A stretch of DNA of 64,000 nucleotides from positions 2,232,001 to 2,296,000 of the forward strand of contig OZ116706.1 in NCBI GenBank assembly GCA_964199315.1, written 5' to 3'. Source of the DNA: Orbicella franksi (Eukaryota). Positions 57,113 through 64,000 of this stretch are shown here, piece by piece. The notes below the pieces were generated by a model. It searched no databases, had not been told where the DNA came from, and saw only the letters and a list, made by a program, of their open reading frames with translations. Both the position numbers and the translations under genes were made by a program. How positions within the stretch are numbered: position 1 is the stretch's first letter; each line of letters opens with the position of its first letter.

Positions 57113-59337
57113 ATTTTTCTAAGAATGTTTTTATTAATAAATATAAAGAAATAAAAAGAACATTCGAAAATGATTGTCGCTGAGTAACTGATGCTGTAAA
57201 CGTGTTTTACTGTTTTGACCCTTTGACTTACAAATATTATTTTACTAAATTCGTGACAGGAAACCATGCAACGCCCATGAAATGTTACGAGACTCTCGCA
57301 GCTAACATTTGGCAGCTTTAACTTACCTTTCCCTACCCTAACCGGGGGTTTTACCACATTTTTCTGCCGACTTAAGTCTTGTTTCCAAAAGCCAAGGATA
57401 GCATTCGAAAGTTGGTAAAGTTGACAATGGTTAACGGTTATGCTAACAATCAAACTCTCGCCAATTTTTAGCTGCTAGAATTTTCCATTACAGTGCAGAG
57501 TAAAATTTCAAAGGAACAACACAAGTTTTCTTCGCAACTTTTCTCGCTCACTAAAGACACGCGCTCACGTCTAGGGCTTTCTTAAAGAGACTGAAACTTT
57601 TAAGCAAACTTTGAGTTAACGTTGCTTAAAGTTATCTATATGCTTTACCTCAACTTTATGCACGACAGCGTCTATGCTGGCTTAAAGAGTTTTAACCATA
57701 TTTACGCTATAGCGTAAAGTTAATCCAACTTTACGTTTTCATCAGTCATTTTATGAAGAATGTTACAAACGTCCTTTCCCAGCCTCGTAATGCCAAATTT
57801 CTCCATGAGCGCCCCCCCTCCCCCCCGCCCTATCATCGCAACTGGCAGTGCTAACTTCGGTCCAAGGGTCCAAAATAAGTACACCTTGTACAGTTTCAAC
57901 TCCGCATAATTGAAATCACGCGTCATCGAGGAAAGTAAACAGCAAATGTGGTTAAGTATATTAAAAAAACAGAGAAACGCCAAAGGTGAAGTTCCTTAAA
58001 AGTGTTGCCGGAGATATACATTGTTCACTCTTTTAATCAAATAAGTAGTGTTTTCGCATTTCCGGACAATAAGGACGGAGATAAACGTTTTCCCTTAAAC
58101 TGACCTCTTCTGTAGATTACGTGTTTCCGCTACAATGTATTTGTTAGTCATTCTTTCTCTGTTTCCAGTTCCTATTCCTCTGAAAGCAACACTAGACAAC
58201 TGACGATCCATTGAGATATAGAATGGCAGGACAATTATCCACAAAGGTATAAAAGGACGAATGTAGTCGTGTTACAAGAAGGTTTTGTTGACTGAAGGTG
58301 CAGAACAGATCGGTAAGTGTTGTATTAGCTATCAGGATGTCACTCGAGTGAGGTGCTATCACCAGCAAAAATATAGAAAATAAAAGAAAATAAAAATAAA
58401 AAAGCCCCGACAAATTACACTTACGCCTTATTTGTAGAGTATGGTATAACTGCTTAGGTGTCGTGATGGTAGAGTCAATGAAAACTTTTGATTTGCATTA
58501 TTTAATGAACCTGTTTTTACTTATTGTCTATCTTCACTTTTAGCCGCTTTTTAGCCCCTGACCATGAACATACCAAGAAGACAAGAAGCTTTTCCTACAG
58601 TGTTTGGCCATAATATCCCTTGCACACAAACTGACTGTGTGTTACCGGGTTGTGTTAACCTGAAGGTAAAGAAACTGAAAAACAACAAAACAAAGAAGAT
58701 AAAGAAACCTGGCAGAAAACCAAAGTAGGTCAACTTATATCTTGATGTCACCATAAAGTACTACAGAACGGAGGTTATCAATCCATTTCCCACTCCAAAT
58801 GTTGGCCAAATTCTATTTCCCAGCCTATCTTTTTTTTGCCAAACTCCCAGTCACAGCACCGAGTGCAATTTTAGAGAAATCCCAGTGTTTGGTCAATTGT
58901 CTTAAATCGTGTTTTTATATGACATTTGCTAGTTTTAGACTATCACTAATACTGTTCAGCAAATTAGTAGCGGTTTTCTTGGATTAACTAAGTCGATATA
59001 AAAAATAGTCCACACTGAAATTTTTAACTCCCCTTCGTTTGCTGGAATCCTTAACTGCACTCATCTGTATCGATATTTTTTCCAGTTCTATATTTTGCAG
59101 TTTGTTTTTTTATTTGATTTCTGTCTTCATCTCCCCCACCCGCCGTAAGGTCAGTTTCCCGATATTGTTTAAATTATTGACATTTGTAATGATCCGGCGC
59201 TCCTCACTCCTCGCTGTCTTTTGGCCGTTAGCACAAGTTTTGAATAAGAGATTAGATACAAGAGTGGACTGCGGCACTCGCGGGGAGTCAAAGGAAGGGA
59301 TGAAGGGAAAATAGCCCCTTTGTTATCTAAAATTCCC

Positions 59338-60323
59338 ATGCACTTCTCTGGAGCTAAGGAGAAGAAAAAAGTAAAATATGGGTACGTAGAAATAACTACA
59401 CTCAAACCAAGTAAAGCGTACCTCTAAAGATTACGTTAAGAATTGCATGATTATTTGAATGCTGAACCCCTAGTCGTTCCAAGAATACGCCTAACGGGCT
59501 TACTATTGCATTTGGCTTGAAACGATCAGCGGGTTCAATATTCAAATCTTGAAGGGTACGCTCCACTTGGTTTGACTGTAATGTGTCTGAATCTCTTATA
59601 ATTAGGAAAAGTGTGGACCGAGGCACAAAGAGGTCAAAGAGGAGTGTTATTGGAACTGGCAGAAGTGTCAGTCATGCGCAGTGGTGGGAGGAGGATCTGG
59701 ACGATGTTATCGAGATTTTGAGACAGGAGATTTCTGACACTACTCATGTTTCACAAACATCTTTAAACAATGATTTACTGACGTTTCCAGCCTTGCCAGT
59801 CCAAACTGCTTCCCGTCCTCGAATTACAGTCCAGTCCGATTTTCCAGTTTTTCCAGTAGCCCACCACCTAAAACTCGATGAGATCGACTCGGGCAAAGTG
59901 GCAGGTGACACACCTAATGCTAACATTACAGATAACTTCCAACAGCCATGTGATATCACAAGTGTTCAGACCTCTCCGTGTGTTATGGATGGAACAGTAT
60001 CTGGTCCAGAAACAAGCTCACCGGAAAATTCTTCTGATTTAAATCGCTTCTCAAGGCAGAGTCAAGGCAAACTCCTGCTGCAGTATTTTGAGAGAGAAGA
60101 GAATGGGAACGCCTCCTATATGAGGAAACCAACTAGCTCCAGACATGCTCCTAACAAGCTGTTTGGAATTCTTTCTCTTATCCTTCAGGCTTTAAATAGT
60201 CCCCTGACAGAAGTGCTTGAGGAATGCTATGCAGGAGTACTACAGAGAGCTCTCGCGGAAATTCAGTCTGCTGTTACTATATACAATTCTCTTAGTGATC
60301 ACATGATCACAAATCTGTCGTGA
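59338..60323 (+). CDS. Hypothetical protein (~270 aa, putative 2 exons)
   Basis: A 741-nt open frame (59583-60323) in otherwise stop-rich DNA; can be joined in frame to 59338-59381 through a GT-AG intron at 59382-59554. No recognised domain. Confidence 0.5.
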
Positions 60324-61224
60324 ACTAAGAAACTGCACGGCATTCCTCATAAACAACACCGACTAGTTTAGTCATTTTACTAGCTGCTTTAAGTCATCAT
60401 AGAAGTGAATTTTCAGTAAAAAGAGAACACTTCGCTTTAGAAAACTGTCGGCAATATTTGTATTAGCAGACACAGTACCTTGTGTCCGCAAGACCTAACA
60501 TGCCCCAGCATCTCGAGTTTATAAGATTTGTTAATCTAAAAAATCTGGTAATTTCAAACAAGCTTAGTATACTATTTTCCAGGCCACAAGCCTGGAAAAA
60601 ACATCCTCAATACGACTTTCATTACTGTAAATTAAAGGTAAACCGTTTTCGAAGTATTCAAACAGGTAGGCAGAAAAGGGTATAGAACGTCTAAAAAGTA
60701 AAAACTGTTTGAAGTTCTTGTTTAAGCCTCTTGAAATAGTTTGGTTTGTTAGGAGCAGAATTAAAAACGACAAGCCCCAACCGAAAAATTAAATACTGTC
60801 TAGAATTGGAAGGGAATGTTATTGAGCGCGTTCAAATGAGGATTCTAAGAGACTGTGAGAACCCTGCCCCAGGTACTAAATCCCTTTCAATTTAAAATTC
60901 TTTTGTATGCATTTAATTAGCTTCACTTAACTCGTTTGATAGTACAAATTCTTTTGAATTGTCAACTCAAAAGCGACGTTGGTCAGGGTGATTTTAATAC
61001 ATCAAATAAATTCATAATTGGTCGCCATTTATGAAAACGATCCATGGTCCGCAGAAATAGTCATCTGTAGCATTTAATTACCTCCCTTTTGGATAAAACC
61101 AACGCTGAGAGTGGTTCTCACATTAGTGTCGAAATTTTACAGACTATTTTCGTATTCTCGGTATTAGACTGGAACTAGCTTGAAACTGAGGCTAATGCGG
61201 GCAGCCTTGATATTCCACTGCATG

Positions 61225-61257
<33 letters not shown>

Positions 61258-61998
61258 CGGGAATACAAATGTGGCTCATTTGCATTTGCTTTGGTTTTGC
61301 ATTACTGCTTTACACTGTTGACTAAAAAAATCCCGCACTTTATAATCCAATCAGAAGTCACACCAAAAACTGATCGTGACTCGGTCGCACACTTTCCCGC
61401 ACTTTGCGTCAGCTGCATGTATTTGCTTGGAGTCTTGATTGGTTCAACGGATTGTCTGTCCTTTATGATTGGCTAGAGAGATAACTTTGGTTTTTCCTTA
61501 ACTCTGAATTGAAAACCACGATATCCCCACGTGATGTGATAGGTTTCAAGCTTTCATAAATTTGTCGCCCATACTATCGTTCATTTGGTTTGAATTTTAT
61601 ATATCTCCAACAGGAGGGCACCATCAATAATTTTTAATAAAATCATTTTCAAGCAACAAATCTTCTTAAATACTTTCTCTTGAGTTTTTATGGAACCACG
61701 GAAACAATCCCAAATCTTATTGAAAAATATTGATGTAACTCTCCATGCAAAAAGATGTTCTACATGGATCATATCAATTAAGTTTTTAATTTACTGGTAA
61801 TCTTTTGGAGTGTTTTTGTGAGTGTAAATATCTGGAAATAAAAAACGGCCATCATGGATGACAGCAGCCTCTAGGAATGATTAGGCGCTGCGGTCACCAA
61901 GGTTACAGTTAATCGAATTTCAGTAGGATCAAAGCGGTTTTGCTTTGCCTGATCAGAGGATGGCTGAGCGCGAAAACTCCGTTCTATTTACACTTGTT

Positions 61999-62033
<35 letters not shown>
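61999..62033 (+). repeat. (AAC)n microsatellite, ~11-12 units
   Basis: Direct reading. Confidence 0.95.
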
Positions 62034-63324
62034 ACTTTAATTGTATGACCATAAATACAAACAGTGTTGCAAAAGCTTTTGTAAACTAAACTAAAATAGT
62101 ACTGGTTATCGCGAACATATAATAAGGTTTTGATGTAGCAATCAAGTTATACCGGTTTGTACTGAAAGTAGAATATGTGTAGATCAAAGCAAGATGAAAT
62201 GAATTTTGCTAATTGAATATTAAAATAATGATTTGCTGAGAAGTTAAAAGTTCGCCGATGGCGTATGATGTTTTCTATTTTTTTATAAAATTCATCTCTT
62301 AGCATAGAGTATAGCGAGATTCATTTTCAAATTGATTAGATTCCCAAATAGGGCAGAGTCTGTTAACCCTTGGAATTTGATAATACCTAGCATGTAGGTC
62401 TTAATTAACTTCCCTGTTCAAATGTCAGTTTCGTAGCTTCGAGCTCACAGATAATGAAAACAGTATAACTATAAACGAGCATAAAACAGAAGAAATAAAT
62501 GCCACGAGTTCAGTAGAAATTTTTAATTCCAATTCCAAGAGAGGTATTCTTGTTTCAATTTCTAGGAAAACTATTTTTATCATTAAAACTATTTTTAGCA
62601 TAAGTTTAACCGGTAGGCCAAAGATTTAGGCGTTAGACGTGAAAATTGGGAAATTTTAACCGTTAGCCTCAAAAAATGTTAACTGTAAAACGATATAATT
62701 TCAGCCACGATATAGTGATAATCTTAGATCTTTTGCCGAGAATTTTTTGGGTTTTATCTTATGGTTTGGTAATACAGGGAAAAGCCGAGAGATTTAATAT
62801 TCGGCAACAAGTCTTATAATTATATCTTTTTCCATCCGACCTTAAATATGTTTTACAGTAATCAAAATAGATTTTATGAAACGTTTTAACTAATTTCTAA
62901 GATTTCTAGCTATTTCTGGTGACCGTATTAACGAAAAATAAATTAACCGTCAACAGTAAAAGCCACCACCCCAGTCAGACCTTCGTATTAACATTTAAAA
63001 AAGTATGAGCCTAGCTAGTAGCCCATCATGGTCGATCCCGCGCTTATATCCAACCAGGAGTATTTCTACTCCCCCTGAATGGCACATATATAACAAATTT
63101 TCCGGAACGAAACGAGGACTCGTTTTGAAACAGGGGCACAAGGTAACTTAGAAGTGGCCTATTGTCCTTCACTGCAAATGACCGCTAACCATTCTCAGGC
63201 TAACCGGAGAGATGGCTATTTGGGCTGAACATAGTAACTCGTCAATTCAACTCGAACCTCCAACTCGAAACGACCAAGATAGCTCGGCGCTTAGCGGGCC
63301 GGTGGGCATTCTTCCAAAAGTCAG

Positions 63325-63894
63325 CTACACATCTGTTGGTATGAATGTGATCTCCTGCTTATGTTTGTCAAATGAAACTACTGTTTCTTTCTTGAAGTCT
63401 ACATAGGTTCTGCTCAGGTTTCCAATTGACAACGAATGCCCGGAACCAAGCGGAAGGTGCTCCACAGGCTTCAAGTATCCATCACTATCCGTCGCTTCAT
63501 CTGATATCAAAAGGTCATCTTCACCGCTTTCAACTGCCGTGTACTACACATCGCTCTGATGAAATTCAAAGAAATTTTGCTAAAGGTTTTTTTTTCCGAC
63601 AGCCAACCCAGGCGGAAAAAGGAAATGGAATTAGGACTAATTATCATGATCGTAAATTGTAACTGAGTGATCTTCTCAGATCCCTGTAAACTCACCATGT
63701 TGTTGGAGTCGATTACGTGAAAAAATTCTTTTAGGCCTAGAAATAACCTGACAAAGCACATACATAGTACAGAATAGTAGATTGAAACGTGCTTTAATTT
63801 ACCGACCTTAACCGCCTCCAGTCTTTGCACCAGAGCGGTAAAGTTTGGTCTGTCTAATGGCTTTTCCATCCAGCAGTCTCTCATCACGGCATAC
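63325..63894 (-). CDS. 3' end of a receptor tyrosine kinase (last kinase subdomain and C-terminal tail); gene begins off the right edge
   Basis: Exon 63894-63807 YAVMRDCWMEKPLDRPNFTALVQRLE (TK subdomain XI), putative exon 63747-63696, and terminal exon 63533-63325 with DSDGYLKP. The upstream acceptor reads CGG rather than CAG. Confidence 0.7.
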
Positions 63895-63957
63895 CCGTCG
63901 ACGAAAATTATTCAACGTATCAGAGAAGTGTTCTATTTTACCGGGCCCATTTTGGTG

Positions 63958-63990
<33 letters not shown>

Positions 63991-64000
63991 GTTCATAATT

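Noticed and set aside
57022-57453. 143-aa minus-strand ORF
   Set aside because: Low-complexity AT-rich translation overlapping a local tandem repeat, with no motif support.

Overview
AT-rich, intron- and repeat-rich animal genomic DNA; the repeat families and gene style suggest a cnidarian, probably a stony coral (inference, not proven). Genes assembled by hand from splice sites: (1) 5' part of a GRAF/oligophrenin-family BAR-PH RhoGAP (minus, continues off the left edge); (2) a 3-exon, kinase-less, membrane-anchored ALK/LTK glycine-rich-domain protein (minus); (3) HCFC1 (minus), head-to-head with (4) an intronless CDC123 (plus); (5) an 8-exon, ~445-aa RtcB RNA ligase of the bacterial (E. coli-like) type rather than the canonical animal RTCB type, with a mitochondrial-presequence-like first exon; (6) an IL-17-like small secreted cystine-knot protein lacking the C-terminal CxC; (7) an orphan ~270-aa ORF; (8) the 3' end of a receptor tyrosine kinase. 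The interval 43-57 kb is a stack of nested non-autonomous transposons within a ~5.2-kb direct duplication. A 261-bp tRNA-like unit occurs as circularly permuted, TSD-flanked insertions. The strongest candidate for an undescribed system is the intron-containing, probably mitochondrion-targeted, bacterial-type RtcB. All calls come from reading the sequence and from recalled family motifs; no searches were run.
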